A DNA stretch of 64,000 bases from an uncultured Actinomycetes bacterium (GTDB lineage: Bacteria > Actinomycetota > UBA4738 > HRBIN12): contig CAVPIB010000001.1 in NCBI GenBank assembly GCA_963704885.1, forward strand, positions 96,001 to 160,000. Reading direction: 5' to 3'. Below, piece by piece: positions 19,111 to 29,139 of this stretch. The position numbers and the translations under genes were made by a program. Position 1 is the first letter of the stretch, and each line of letters opens with the position of its first letter. The notes under the pieces are model-generated. The model was not told the DNA's origin, searched no databases, and saw nothing but the letters and a program-made list of their open reading frames with translations.

Positions 19111-19476
19111 ATGGCCGCACCAACCAGTGTCGAGGACTACATGGCCACGCTTCCCAAGGGATCGCGCGCCGCTCTGGAGAAGCTCCGACAGACGATCAAG
19201 GCCGCCGCGCCCGAGGCCACCGAAGCGATCAGCTACCAGATGCCGGCGTTCAAGGACCACGGCCGGGTCCTCGTGTACTACGCCGCGTTCAAAGATCACT
19301 ACAGCCTTTTCGCAGCGAGCGGAACGATCCTAGGGACGTTCGCAGAAGAGCTGAAGCCTTACGTCTCGGGGAAGGGAACGCTCCGCTTCGAGATGGGCAA
19401 GCCCCTCCCCGTCGCGGTCGTGAAGAAGATCGTCAAGGCGCGGCTCCAGGAGAACGCTGCACGCAGGAGCCGTTGA
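19111..19476 (+). CDS. DUF1801/YdhG-like protein
   Basis: LRQTIKAAAPEATEAISYQMPAF, KGTLRF. Confidence 0.85.
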   Translation: MAAPTSVEDYMATLPKGSRAALEKLRQTIKAAAPEATEAISYQMPAFKDHGRVLVYYAAFKDHYSLFAASGTILGTFAEELKPYVSGKGTLRFEMGKPLPVAVVKKIVKARLQENAARRSR

Positions 19477-19494
19477 AAGCCCCGGCAGAACTGG

Positions 19495-19872
19495 CTAGGC
19501 GGTCTCGAACACGCCGAGCACGTTCCCCTCGCTGTCCTTGAAGTACGCGAACGCACCCATGCCCGGGATCGGTGTCTTGGGCGTCACGACGCTGCCGCGG
19601 TTCGCCTCGACCTTCTTCAAGGCATCGTCGATCGAGTCGACGCCGATGACGAGGACCGGCGCGGGGGTCTCCGCGTTGCGCTGCATCATGCCGCCGTTTA
19701 TCCCGCCGGGCTCCGTCGCCATCTGCGTCTTCTGGTCGACCGGTGTGGTCACGACCATGGTGTAGTCCATGCCCTCCACGTCCTGGAGCTGCCATCCGAA
19801 GATCGAGCCGTAGAACTCCTTCGCCCTGGCCAGATCGTCGGTCGGGATCTCGAAATGCACCACCTTGTCCAT
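19495..19872 (-). CDS. VOC family protein
   Basis: VVHFEIP, GGINGG, FKDSEGN. Confidence 0.9.
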   Translation of the reverse strand: MDKVVHFEIPTDDLARAKEFYGSIFGWQLQDVEGMDYTMVVTTPVDQKTQMATEPGGINGGMMQRNAETPAPVLVIGVDSIDDALKKVEANRGSVVTPKTPIPGMGAFAYFKDSEGNVLGVFETA

Positions 19873-19953
19873 AGCTGCCCCCTTCTAGGCTCACCGTCGG
19901 CGCGGTGACACCTGGAGACTACCGAGCCACGTTGCGATAGTCGGACGGTTCAC

Positions 19954-20007
19954 TTGACATGTATCACCCCCTTCTATAACCTGACCATTCTAGAAGAAAA
20001 AGGTTAT
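19954..20007 (+). promoter_or_regulatory. Promoter and dyad operator of ArsR-SRPBCC
   Basis: TTGACA-N17-TAACCT; ATAACCT...AGGTTAT dyad. Confidence 0.55.
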
Positions 20008-20009
20008 GG

Positions 20010-20384
20010 ATGGTAACCGACCAGCTCGATGCGGTGTTCGGGGCGCTCGCGGATCCCACGCGGCGGGCGATCCTGACGCGCCTCACCCGAGGCGAGGCGT
20101 CCGTCCTGGAGCTCGCCGCACCCTTCCAGATCTCCCAGCCGGCCATCTCGCAACACCTCAAGGTGCTCGAGCGCGCCGGCCTGATCTCCCGCACGCGCCG
20201 GGCAACCGCCCGCCTCAGTCACCTGCGAGCAGAGCCGCTCCGACAGGCGACGGTCTGGCTGGCCGGATATCGGGCGTTCTGGGAAGAGAGTTACGAGCGG
20301 CTCGACGAGCTGCTCGCGACCCTGCAAGACAAAGAGACCGACGGATCGCGACCGCACGACCCAGAAGGAAGGAGCGAGTCATGA
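20010..20384 (+). CDS. ArsR/SmtB-family regulator
   Basis: ALADPTRRAIL, AISQHLKVLERAGL. Confidence 0.9.
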   Translation: MVTDQLDAVFGALADPTRRAILTRLTRGEASVLELAAPFQISQPAISQHLKVLERAGLISRTRRATARLSHLRAEPLRQATVWLAGYRAFWEESYERLDELLATLQDKETDGSRPHDPEGRSES

Positions 20385-20863
20385 CAGAGATGAAGATCAC
20401 CGCGGAGCCGGGCGTCCCGCAGGTCCTGACCAGCCGAGAGTTCGACGCGTCGCGCGAACTGGTCTACCGCGCCTTCACCGAGCCGGAGTTGCTGGTGCAG
20501 TGGCTAGGACCACGGAAGTACACCATGACGATCGACCGTTACGACCTGCGCGACGGAGGCACTTGGCGCTACGTCCACGCCGACGACGCCGGCAACGCGT
20601 TCGGGTTCCACGGCGTCTTCCACGGCACACCCTCGCCGGACGGCATGGTGCAGACGTTCGAGTTCGAGGGCGCGCCCGGCCACGTCTCCATGGACACGGC
20701 CACGTACGAGGAGCACGACGGCAAGACCACGGTCCATACCAACACGGTCTACCAGTCGGTCGAAGCCCGAGACGCGATGGTCGATCACGGCATGGCCGAC
20801 GGCATGAACGAGGGCTACGAACGCCTCGACGACCTGCTCGCCAAGCTCGTCGCGAACCACTGA
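20381..20863 (+). CDS. SRPBCC/AHSA1 protein
   Basis: REFDASRELVYRAFTEP, QTFEFEG, GYERLDDLL. Confidence 0.9.
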   Translation: MTEMKITAEPGVPQVLTSREFDASRELVYRAFTEPELLVQWLGPRKYTMTIDRYDLRDGGTWRYVHADDAGNAFGFHGVFHGTPSPDGMVQTFEFEGAPGHVSMDTATYEEHDGKTTVHTNTVYQSVEARDAMVDHGMADGMNEGYERLDDLLAKLVANH

Positions 20864-20954
20864 TCCCTAACGGAAGGACCGACGTCCGGGGGCTGGAGGA
20901 CGCCGCCAACGGATGACCTGAGCGCGTGGATGACCCTACGGGTCCCGGGCGGAT

Positions 20955-20996
20955 GTGGCATGTCCCTTGATATGCCACCTTCTATATCTGTGGCAT
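20955..20996. promoter_or_regulatory. Operator of AbrB-PIN TA module
   Basis: GTGGCAT / ATGCCAC / GTGGCAT alternating half-sites. Confidence 0.5.
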
Positions 20997-21005
20997 ACTC
21001 CAACT

Positions 21006-21272
21006 ATGGCAGACAAGATTGTGGTTCGGATGGGACCGCAGGGGAGGATCGTCGTGCCTGCGGAGCTCCGGCGAGAACTGGGGCTGGACGAGGGATCCAC
21101 TATGACCGCCACCACCGAGGGCGGCCGACTGGTCCTCGAACCCCGATCCATAGTGCTCGGACGGCTCCGAGAGCGGTTCTTGGGGGTCCCGTCTCCCACC
21201 GACCTGGCGGACGAGCTCGTCGCGGACCGTCTGGAAGAAGCTCAGCGGGACGGAGCGACCGGCCAACGGTGA
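21006..21272 (+). CDS. vapB: AbrB/MazE-type antitoxin
   Basis: VRMGPQGRIVVPAELRRELGL. Confidence 0.85.
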   Translation: MADKIVVRMGPQGRIVVPAELRRELGLDEGSTMTATTEGGRLVLEPRSIVLGRLRERFLGVPSPTDLADELVADRLEEAQRDGATGQR

Positions 21273-21646
21273 ACGTCCTCGATGCGTCGGCCGTGCTCGC
21301 GTTGCTCCACGGGGAGCCCGGTGCCGACCAGGTCGAGGCCTCGCTCGAGGGCGCGGCCATGTCCTGCGTGAACCTGTCGGAGGTGCTGCAGAAGGCGAGG
21401 CAGCACGGCGTCGACACCGACGGACTGGAGATAGACATCCAAGCCTTGGGCGTTCGTCTCTACGACTTCGACAGCCGAACGGCTCACGATGCCGCGGACC
21501 TGTGGCCCAGCACCCGGAGACGAGGTCTTTCCCTCGGCGACCGCGCCTGCCTGGCGCTAGCTCGCTCACTCGAGGGCGCCGCGGTGACCACCGACCCGCG
21601 ATGGGCAGAGCTCTTGATCGGTGTGCCCGTCGTCGTAGTCCGATGA
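21269..21646 (+). CDS. vapC: PIN-domain toxin
   Basis: VLDASAVLA, LSLGDRACLA, TTD; GTGA overlap. Confidence 0.88.
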   Translation: MNVLDASAVLALLHGEPGADQVEASLEGAAMSCVNLSEVLQKARQHGVDTDGLEIDIQALGVRLYDFDSRTAHDAADLWPSTRRRGLSLGDRACLALARSLEGAAVTTDPRWAELLIGVPVVVVR

Positions 21647-21735
21647 CTTAGCTCGACGAACCTCCTCGACTCCTTCACGACCGCTTCACATCTGCGCGCC
21701 AACGTTGAGACAGACGCGAGACAAGGAGGTCGAAG

Positions 21736-21867
21736 ATGCGTCGAGGAGTCGGGATCGTCGCTCCGTTGGTGATCCTGGGAGAGATCGGCATCGGGGTCGG
21801 CGCGTATCGAGCGGGCGAGCGCAATCATCCGTTCGAACCTGATCGCCGCCCCCTCGGTCGAGTCTGA
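21736..21867 (+). pseudogene. 43-aa ORF, probable N-terminal stub of a membrane protein
   Basis: Strong RBS AAGGAGGT; MRRGVGIVAPLVILGEIGIGVGAYRAG...*. Confidence 0.4.
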
Positions 21868-21887
21868 ACACCTAGCTCGCGTCGCCC

Positions 21888-22739
21888 CTACCCGGTGGAT
21901 CGGGTACTGCGCGGTGCGACGCGCGACGGGCCGACCCGACCTCGCAGTCGGATGGCCAGCGCGACCCCCGCGATCACCATCCCCAGGCAGAGGTACTGCG
22001 CGCCGGTGAGACCTGCGACGGTCCGGTCGTAGGCGCGGAGGAAGTCCGTCAGGAACCGCTGCGTCCCGTACCAGAGCAGGAACGCGACCGTGAGCCATCC
22101 GGCCGGCACCCGACGGCGTTCGAGCCACCAGAGCAGAGCGACCAGCGGCAGGAGCAGGAGCAGCTCGTACAGCGCGGTGTTGTGGATGACGGCGCCGACC
22201 CCACCGGCGACGGCCTCGCGGGTCTCTCCGCCCAGGTACTTCCAGCCCAGGAAGAACGTGGTCTGAGTACCCAGGTGCTCCCCGACCGCCATGCAGCCCA
22301 GGCGCCCGATGGCCAGCCCCGGGGCGAGCCCGATGACGATGCCGTCGGACAACCGCAGACCCCCCAGATCGGGGTGTCGCCGGGCGAACCACCAGATCAC
22401 GGCGATCGCGACAAGGAACGCGCCCGAGAACTGCAGGCCGCCCTCCCACACGGCGAACACAGTGAGCGGCTGATCGCGGAACTCACCCCACCGCGTGACC
22501 ACGTAGAGCAGACGCGACCCGACGATCCCTAAGAAGACCACCCACACCGCCAAGCGCGAGAGCATCTCGGGATCCAGGTCGTGGTCGCGCGCGTATCGCA
22601 GGAAACCCCAGACCCCCACCAGGATGCCGACCGCAACGAAGACGCCGAACATGCGGATGGGGAGCGGTCCGACCGAGAAGGACGGCCACGTCCGATAGGG
22701 GACGCTGGCCAACGAACCGAGCGCTGCCGCCGGAATCAC
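21888..22739 (-). CDS. lgt: Prolipoprotein diacylglyceryl transferase family protein
   Basis: VWEGGL, IGRLGC, HNTALYE, RFLTDFLR. Confidence 0.85.
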   Translation of the reverse strand: MIPAAALGSLASVPYRTWPSFSVGPLPIRMFGVFVAVGILVGVWGFLRYARDHDLDPEMLSRLAVWVVFLGIVGSRLLYVVTRWGEFRDQPLTVFAVWEGGLQFSGAFLVAIAVIWWFARRHPDLGGLRLSDGIVIGLAPGLAIGRLGCMAVGEHLGTQTTFFLGWKYLGGETREAVAGGVGAVIHNTALYELLLLLPLVALLWWLERRRVPAGWLTVAFLLWYGTQRFLTDFLRAYDRTVAGLTGAQYLCLGMVIAGVALAIRLRGRVGPSRVAPRSTRSTG

Positions 22740-22854
22740 GCCTCCATCATCGATGGGATCGCGCGCTCGTACCGTGGACGAGGTGCCCGCTCATCCAGGG
22801 TCCTATTCGGCGGATCGTTTGCCCGCCCCCTCGACGGCGGGGGAGACTACCCGG

Positions 22855-24228
22855 GTGATCCCACAGACGCGCTACGCGGTAACCGACGATGGCGTGCACA
22901 TCGCCTACCAGACCGTGGGCGACGGGCCGGTGGACATCGTGTTCGTCCACGCTTTCGTCTCTCACGTGGAGCTCTTCTGGGAGCTTCCCTCGTTCGAGCG
23001 CTTCGTCCGGGCGTTGAGCTCGAACGCTCGCGTGATCCTGTTCGACAAACGAGGCGTCGGTCTTTCAGATCGGCTCTCGAGCATCCCGACGCTCGAGGCG
23101 CGGATGGACGATCTGCGTGCCGTACTCGATGCCGCCGGATCGGAGCGGCCGCTGCTCGTCGGCGACGGCGACGGCGGAGCGCTCGCCGCCATGTTCGCGG
23201 CGACCTACCCGGAGCGGACGCTCGGTCTGCTGCTTTGGGGCGGCACCGTGCGCATGGCGTGGGCCGCCGACTATCCGTGGGGGATGACCGAGGAACGCTT
23301 CGAGGAGCGCCTCCGCACGCGGACCGAGCTGTGGGGCGACGCCGCGCGGGCTGTGGAAACCACGCGCATGACCTTCCTAACGATCGGAGAACGGTTGGCC
23401 GAGGACCCCTCGTTCGTCGATTGGCTGGTCAAGATCCAGCGATATGGCGCCGCTCCCGGGGACCTGGTCACTTTCAGCCGCGTGTGGTTCTCGACCGATG
23501 CGAGGAGCGCGCTTCCGGCGATCCAGGTTCCCGCACTCGTGGTCGTGCGCGAGGACTGGGCTCAGGACCTGATCGAGGAGAGCACGTGGACCGCTGACCA
23601 GATCCCGGGCGCGCAGCTCGTGCGGCTCCACGGGGACGAGGACGACCCCTACCTAGGAGACGTGACCGAGGTCGCTCAGGCGGTCGGACGGTTCATCGCA
23701 TCGATCCGCGAGGAGCAGGCCGTCTTCGACAGGGTCCTCGCGACGGTGTTGTTCACCGACATCGTGGCGTCGACCGACCGAGCTGCGGCATCCGGGGATC
23801 GCGAGTGGAAGGACCTCGTGGAGCAGCACCATGCCCGGACGCGTGCCCTCCTCGGCCGGTTCCGCGGCCACGAGGTGGACACCGCCGGCGACGGGTTCTT
23901 CGCCACGTTCGACGGTCCGGGGCGAGCGATCCATTGCGCGCAGTCGATCATCCGTTCCGTGGCGTCGCTGGGTATCCAGGTCAGAGCTGGGATCCACACG
24001 GGGGAGGTCGAGACGATCAACGGCAAGGCCGGCGGACTCGCTGTGATGATCGGCGCTCGGATCGGGGCGCAGGCGGAGGGGTCCGAGGTGCTCGTGTCCC
24101 AGACGGTACGAGACCTCACCGCGGGCTCCGGCATCGCGTTCGAAGACGTCGGGGAGCGCGACCTGAAAGGCGTGCCCGGCGTTTGGCAGATCTCGCGCGT
24201 CACCGACCGGATCGCGGATCAGGCGTAG
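22855..24228 (+). CDS. Alpha/beta-hydrolase plus class III adenylate/guanylate cyclase fusion (LipJ-like)
   Basis: HIAYQ, FDKRGVGLSD; ATVLFTDIV, AGDG, GIHTGE, DLKGVPG. Confidence 0.9.
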   Translation: MIPQTRYAVTDDGVHIAYQTVGDGPVDIVFVHAFVSHVELFWELPSFERFVRALSSNARVILFDKRGVGLSDRLSSIPTLEARMDDLRAVLDAAGSERPLLVGDGDGGALAAMFAATYPERTLGLLLWGGTVRMAWAADYPWGMTEERFEERLRTRTELWGDAARAVETTRMTFLTIGERLAEDPSFVDWLVKIQRYGAAPGDLVTFSRVWFSTDARSALPAIQVPALVVVREDWAQDLIEESTWTADQIPGAQLVRLHGDEDDPYLGDVTEVAQAVGRFIASIREEQAVFDRVLATVLFTDIVASTDRAAASGDREWKDLVEQHHARTRALLGRFRGHEVDTAGDGFFATFDGPGRAIHCAQSIIRSVASLGIQVRAGIHTGEVETINGKAGGLAVMIGARIGAQAEGSEVLVSQTVRDLTAGSGIAFEDVGERDLKGVPGVWQISRVTDRIADQA

Positions 24229-25874
24229 ACGCGGATCTCGGGCCAGGCGACCCATGATGGTCCGAAGATCGTCTCGACCCTGACGAACCGCACCTGGATC
24301 GGCGCGCCCGGCGCGAACCGCAGGACGTCCCCTTGCGCCGTGAACCGTTCGAACTCCTTCACGAGCGTGAACACGCCGTCGTTGCCGGCGACCAGTAATC
24401 GGTGGTGGGTCTCACCTTCGGGGAATTGACCGACCAGCAGATCGATCTCCTGCGCGCTCTTCACACCACCCAGGTCGATCTGGATCCACTGCGGAGGATC
24501 GGCCCCCGCGCCCCACTGCGTCTCGACCAGGCCATCGATCGCGTTCGACGGTGGCTCCCCCGGGAGCGAGGTGGACGCGGTCGCGGTGCCGGACATCGCC
24601 ACGTTCGAAGGGATGTTCGCCTCGGAGCACGGGTCCGAACGCTCGGCGGGCGAGAGGACCCGGGCGATCGCGTCGCCACCCTCACGCGTTCCGAAGACCT
24701 CATCGTCCTTGTTCGCCCAGAGCCAAGACAGCCACCCCCGGAAGCCGAATGCACAGGAGTCGGCCTGCCACTGCGCGAGCTCCCACGCACCGACCCGCGG
24801 GTTGGGGTAGGCGAACCGGAACGCCCCGAACTCCCCCATCATCACGGGCTTGCTGACCGCGTCGGTGAGTCCGATCAAGGCGACCTGTGCCGCCAGGTCA
24901 TATCCCACGCCCGGGTACATGTGCAGATCGACCAGGTCCAACGACGACCGCTCCATCAATGCCCGCGACGGAACCACCCGGGCATCACCGGGGAACGACG
25001 CGAAGAATCCCATCGTGACGAGCGCACCCGGATCCAGTTGACGTATGGCGACGCGGGTCCGTGAGGCGCCCAGGCGCGTGTTCGACTCGACCATGGCAGC
25101 TCGATCGGCCGGGACCGCCATGTCGTAGGTCTCGCCGTCCGCCGTCGTAACCGACCCCGAGTCGAGCGACAGCGGCTCCACGTCGGCGAGCACGAACTGC
25201 TCCTGTTGAAGCTCGTAGGCCAAGATCACTTCGAGCGGCGCCCCCCGCGCCTTCAGCGCCCGCACCACCTCGGTCCAGTACTCCCGCAAGAGTGCGAGTC
25301 CCGCCTTCGTGAGCCACAAAGAGTTGCGGTACCCACCGAACGGCGAGCAGCAAGGCAACCTGTTCGAGTACCCGCGATCGGGGACATCGACGGAGGCGAG
25401 AAGCACCACGAGCCCATGAGACTTGGCGATCTTCAGGAAGCGAGAGATGTTCGCCGCGTAGGTCGGTCGGATCGACCCGCCCTTCGTCGAGATGCAGTCC
25501 ACCTGGCACAGGTCGATGAAGACCCGAACCGTGTTGTAGCCGAGGGCCTGCATCCGGCCGAGCTCGCGATCCACCGCCTTCGGGTCCCAATCACGCGGCC
25601 GGAAGAGGCCACTCGCCACATGATCCCCCTCGCGCACCTTCATGAGCAGGTTGGAACCGCGCGGGACGAACGTGTCCCCCGTCCTGCGATCGAAGAGTTC
25701 GCGACCACCGTCCCGCGAGCGCACCCCGATCCAGTGGGGGTTCGTTCCGGCCGCGCCCGACGACAGGGGCGCGGCCAACGCCGAGAGCGAGATGACTATG
25801 AAGAGAGCGACCGGCAGCTGTCGGCGTCGTGAGCGCACCAGCCAAGGATATCGAGTCACGTCATCCGGCCGCAC
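24219..25874 (-). CDS. Secreted clan GH-A (GH5-like) glycoside hydrolase with C-terminal F5/8 discoidin domain
   Basis: Signal-like N-terminus, GYNTVRVF, YELQQE, DLHMYP, MGEFG; NAIDG..W..WIQIDLG. Confidence 0.78.
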   Translation of the reverse strand: MRPDDVTRYPWLVRSRRRQLPVALFIVISLSALAAPLSSGAAGTNPHWIGVRSRDGGRELFDRRTGDTFVPRGSNLLMKVREGDHVASGLFRPRDWDPKAVDRELGRMQALGYNTVRVFIDLCQVDCISTKGGSIRPTYAANISRFLKIAKSHGLVVLLASVDVPDRGYSNRLPCCSPFGGYRNSLWLTKAGLALLREYWTEVVRALKARGAPLEVILAYELQQEQFVLADVEPLSLDSGSVTTADGETYDMAVPADRAAMVESNTRLGASRTRVAIRQLDPGALVTMGFFASFPGDARVVPSRALMERSSLDLVDLHMYPGVGYDLAAQVALIGLTDAVSKPVMMGEFGAFRFAYPNPRVGAWELAQWQADSCAFGFRGWLSWLWANKDDEVFGTREGGDAIARVLSPAERSDPCSEANIPSNVAMSGTATASTSLPGEPPSNAIDGLVETQWGAGADPPQWIQIDLGGVKSAQEIDLLVGQFPEGETHHRLLVAGNDGVFTLVKEFERFTAQGDVLRFAPGAPIQVRFVRVETIFGPSWVAWPEIRVYA

Positions 25875-25897
25875 GAGCTCGAGCCGTCAGGTGAGCT

Positions 25898-26353
25898 CTA
25901 GCCCACCGGAGGATGATCCGGCAGCGGGCCGGGATCCTCACCGGCGGCCAAGGCCGTCAGCCGTCCGGTGAAGAAGCGCCACCCTTCCTCGTGCATGGCA
26001 GCCGCCTGCCCATCCGGGAGCCCTGTGTGACGGAGCGAGAGCACCGTCCCCTCGCCGTCGGCCTCGAGCGTGAGTTCCACCGTCGTCGATCCGGGTGGGA
26101 CATCGTCGTTCCCCTCCCATCCCCATGTGAAGACCAATCGTTCAGGTGACTTGACCTCCACGTATTCGCCTCGGGCGACCGTGTTCGCGTCCATCCACAC
26201 CCGGTAGATACCCCCCGGGCGCGGGTCGAGTTCGGCCTTCACTCCCTGCCATCGGACGTACCGCTCGGCGTCGGTCAGGAAGAGGAAGACCTCGTCGGGC
26301 GGCGCGCCGAGCAGCACCTGGAGCTCTACGACCCTCGCCGGATCCGATGTCAT
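25898..26353 (-). CDS. SRPBCC/AHSA1 protein
   Basis: RLVFTWGWE, HEEGW. Confidence 0.88.
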   Translation of the reverse strand: MTSDPARVVELQVLLGAPPDEVFLFLTDAERYVRWQGVKAELDPRPGGIYRVWMDANTVARGEYVEVKSPERLVFTWGWEGNDDVPPGSTTVELTLEADGEGTVLSLRHTGLPDGQAAAMHEEGWRFFTGRLTALAAGEDPGPLPDHPPVG

Positions 26354-26643
26354 CGTTCCTCCACGACGCGCCGCAACCTATCCAGATCCTGCGCCCACAT
26401 CTCCTCCAGCACTGCTCGCAGCGAACCGAGAGCCTGAGGATCCGCGCGATAGTAGCGACGGTTCGCATCGCGTCGTTCCACGAGGAGACCGGCCTTGCGC
26501 AGGACCGCGAGGTTCTGCGATATCGCCGGGAAGCTCACGTCGAACCGCGAGGCGATATCTCCCGCAGAGAGTTCGCTCTCCCAAACCAGCCGCAGGATCT
26601 CGCGGCGACGGGGGCTGGATATGGCGTCGATCACGGCCTGCAC
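26350..26643 (-). CDS. ArsR/SmtB-family regulator
   Basis: PRRREILRL, AISQNLAVLRKAGL. Confidence 0.88.
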   Translation of the reverse strand: MQAVIDAISSPRRREILRLVWESELSAGDIASRFDVSFPAISQNLAVLRKAGLLVERRDANRRYYRADPQALGSLRAVLEEMWAQDLDRLRRVVEER

Positions 26644-26730
26644 GCTGGGTAGTTAAGCACATCCTTCAGGTTGACAGAAGGTTTAGAGATGTCTTAAATA
26701 CTCCCAACGCCTATCTGGAGGGAGCAGGAG

Positions 26731-27165
26731 ATGAGCAGAGACATCATCCACGGGATCGAGATCCACTCCGAGCCGAAGACCGTCTACGACACGATCGCCA
26801 CACGTTCGGGCCTCGCTGCGTTCTGGACACCCGACGTAGAGGGCGACGAGTCAGAAGGCGGGGAGTTGACTTTCGGATTCACCGGCGCACCGATCCGGAT
26901 GCCGATACACGTCGCCCGGTTGGATGCGCCGAACCAGGTCGCCTGGGACTGCCCCGCCGGGTACCCGTTCTGGGAAGGCACGACGGTGTCGTGGGCGCTC
27001 GAACCGAGCGAGCACGGCACAAAGGTCCTATTCCGTCACGCAGGGTTCTCCGACGAGCAGTCCGAGTACGACTTCGGCAGCGTCAGCCTGACGTGGGGAA
27101 CTATCGTCGCGCGGCTGAAGGAAGTCGTGGAATCGGGCGGCACACCCAACCCCGCCTTGTCGTGA
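26731..27165 (+). CDS. SRPBCC protein
   Basis: VYDTIATRSGLAAFWT, GTKVLFRHAG; TTGACA upstream. Confidence 0.85.
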   Translation: MSRDIIHGIEIHSEPKTVYDTIATRSGLAAFWTPDVEGDESEGGELTFGFTGAPIRMPIHVARLDAPNQVAWDCPAGYPFWEGTTVSWALEPSEHGTKVLFRHAGFSDEQSEYDFGSVSLTWGTIVARLKEVVESGGTPNPALS

Positions 27166-27599
27166 ACCTCGACGTAACCGCGAAGACGGTGATCGCCCGG
27201 CCGCGCCACGGTGTGGCGGCCTACGTCTTCGACAACAGGAACGATCCGATCTGGATCGGCGGTATCTCCGAGTCGGAGCTTCAGGGGGAACCGCCGATCC
27301 GGGTGGGATCGCGCGTCCGTCGCGTGGCCTCGTTCTTGGGCAAACGGATCGAGTACATCAACGAGGTCGACAGCCTGGATCCAGGCACGCTGCTCGAGAT
27401 GCATTCGGTGAAGAGTCCTTTCCCCATGCGGGTGACGTACGCTTTCGCCGACGGAGGCGACGAGACGACGATCGCCAGGATCCGCGTACAGGGCGATCCG
27501 GGGAAGGTATACCGCGTGGCCGGTCCGCTGATGCGCAAACAGGTGCATCGGTCGATCTCACGAGATCTGGCGAGATTGAAGTCGCTCATGGAGCGCTGA
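27162..27599 (+). CDS. SRPBCC (polyketide cyclase/dehydrase-like) protein
   Basis: NDPIW, VGSRVRRVASFLG, DLARLK; GTGA overlap. Confidence 0.8.
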   Translation: MNLDVTAKTVIARPRHGVAAYVFDNRNDPIWIGGISESELQGEPPIRVGSRVRRVASFLGKRIEYINEVDSLDPGTLLEMHSVKSPFPMRVTYAFADGGDETTIARIRVQGDPGKVYRVAGPLMRKQVHRSISRDLARLKSLMER

Positions 27600-29025
27600 C
27601 CGGCGAACCGGTTCGCTCGGACACCGGGAGACGAACGGTGAAGACGCTACCGACGTCGGGGCGGCTCTCGACGTCGATCGACCCGCCCAACTCCGCGGCA
27701 AGCTCTCGGCACAGATGAAGGCCGAGTCCGACCCCGCCTACCCTGCGGGTCGAGCTCTGATCGAGCTGGTGGAATCGGTCGAAGATCGCCATCACGTCGG
27801 TTGACGCGATACCGACGCCCTCGTCCCTGACGGACAGTTCGAGCTCGCCCGCCGAGACCCTTGCCTCGACCTCGACGCGGGAGCTCGGATCCGAGTACTT
27901 CAACGCGTTCTCGATCAGGTTCGACATCATCACGTCGAGACGCTCCCCATCGGTTCGGATCGGACCGATGTCGTCCAGTCCGACCAGATCCACGCGATCC
28001 GGTCCGTCCGGCAACCCAGCCACCACTCCCCCGATCGTCTCGGCGACGTCGACCGTGCCGACGCTCACGGGCCAGGATTCGTCCTCCAGATGCGCCGCGC
28101 GCAGGAGGTTCCGCGTAAGCCGGAACAGGCGCTCGGATTGCTGCCGCGCCGAGCGCGCGAACTCGACCCGTAGTGCGAGATCGTCCAGGACGTCTGGCTG
28201 CTCCAAGGTCCGGAGGTTGCCGATCATGGTGGTGAGCGGCGTCCGCAGCTCGTGAGAGGCAGCCGCGACGAAATCGTCCTTCATCCTGTTCAGGGTCGTG
28301 AGTTCCTTCACGGTCTCCTGCTCCTGCGCCAGGAGGCGTTGGAGCTGCTCCGCTTGAGCCCCCAGCTCTCGGTTGCGATCGCGCAGGGTTCGCGAGACAC
28401 CGCGGACGATGGGGAGCAGCACGGCGTACAGCAGGAGGAGGCCGATCCCGAAGGTCACGGCCAGCCCTCGCAGGATGCCATCGATGTCCCCTTGGATCAC
28501 CGAGTACCGCTGGAATACCTCCACTACCACAGCGACCTCGTCGCCCCGGAGGATCGGCACATAGGTCCGGAAAAGGTTCTCCTCGATCCCAAGTTCCGTG
28601 GCGTTGGCGGGACCCGAGAGGTCGGCGACGTTGCTGCTGATCTCACCGTCGAAGGCGATGCGGAGGTCTGGGATCTGGTCGGTGAACCGACGGCCGATCA
28701 GGGTCGGTTCGTCGGCCCACAGGACTTCTCCGTCGACGGTCCAGATCTTGATGCGCACGTCGCGGCCCTGCGCCCGGATAACGCCGGCCAAGTCATCCAG
28801 ATTGGAGGCTACGTCGGCCGGGAGCGGTCCAGTTAGGGGTGTGTCACCGATCGAAGGCCAGAGGACCACGCGGGCGATGAACATGGCGTGGAAGGTGGCG
28901 ACGTCCTCCGCGCGGGAGGTCGCGATACGGGTCGTGACCAGGCCGACCGCCAACGCCGTGACGACGAACGCCGCCAGGCCCGCGAGCGCGAACCTGGGGA
29001 CCAACCTGGATCGGGACGCCGACAT
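27586..29025 (-). CDS. Membrane sensor histidine kinase (no adjacent response regulator)
   Basis: Two TM segments, SHELRTPL, NLIENALKY, DEGVG, GLGL; start approximate. Confidence 0.9.
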   Translation of the reverse strand: MSASRSRLVPRFALAGLAAFVVTALAVGLVTTRIATSRAEDVATFHAMFIARVVLWPSIGDTPLTGPLPADVASNLDDLAGVIRAQGRDVRIKIWTVDGEVLWADEPTLIGRRFTDQIPDLRIAFDGEISSNVADLSGPANATELGIEENLFRTYVPILRGDEVAVVVEVFQRYSVIQGDIDGILRGLAVTFGIGLLLLYAVLLPIVRGVSRTLRDRNRELGAQAEQLQRLLAQEQETVKELTTLNRMKDDFVAAASHELRTPLTTMIGNLRTLEQPDVLDDLALRVEFARSARQQSERLFRLTRNLLRAAHLEDESWPVSVGTVDVAETIGGVVAGLPDGPDRVDLVGLDDIGPIRTDGERLDVMMSNLIENALKYSDPSSRVEVEARVSAGELELSVRDEGVGIASTDVMAIFDRFHQLDQSSTRRVGGVGLGLHLCRELAAELGGSIDVESRPDVGSVFTVRLPVSERTGSPVSAP

Positions 29026-29139
29026 GCCAGCAACCTCCGCCTTAGGAACCTCATCGGTCGAGGGCCGCAGACCCTGAAGCGGACACCCCGGCGTCGTCCC
29101 GGGTCGATCAAGCGCCACGGAGGCGGAGGACCACGTTCA

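Noticed and set aside
21888-22739. Lgt lacking the E. coli-type GGMSFHGG His
   Set aside because: This position varies among Gram-positive and actinobacterial Lgt proteins, and the other motifs are intact.
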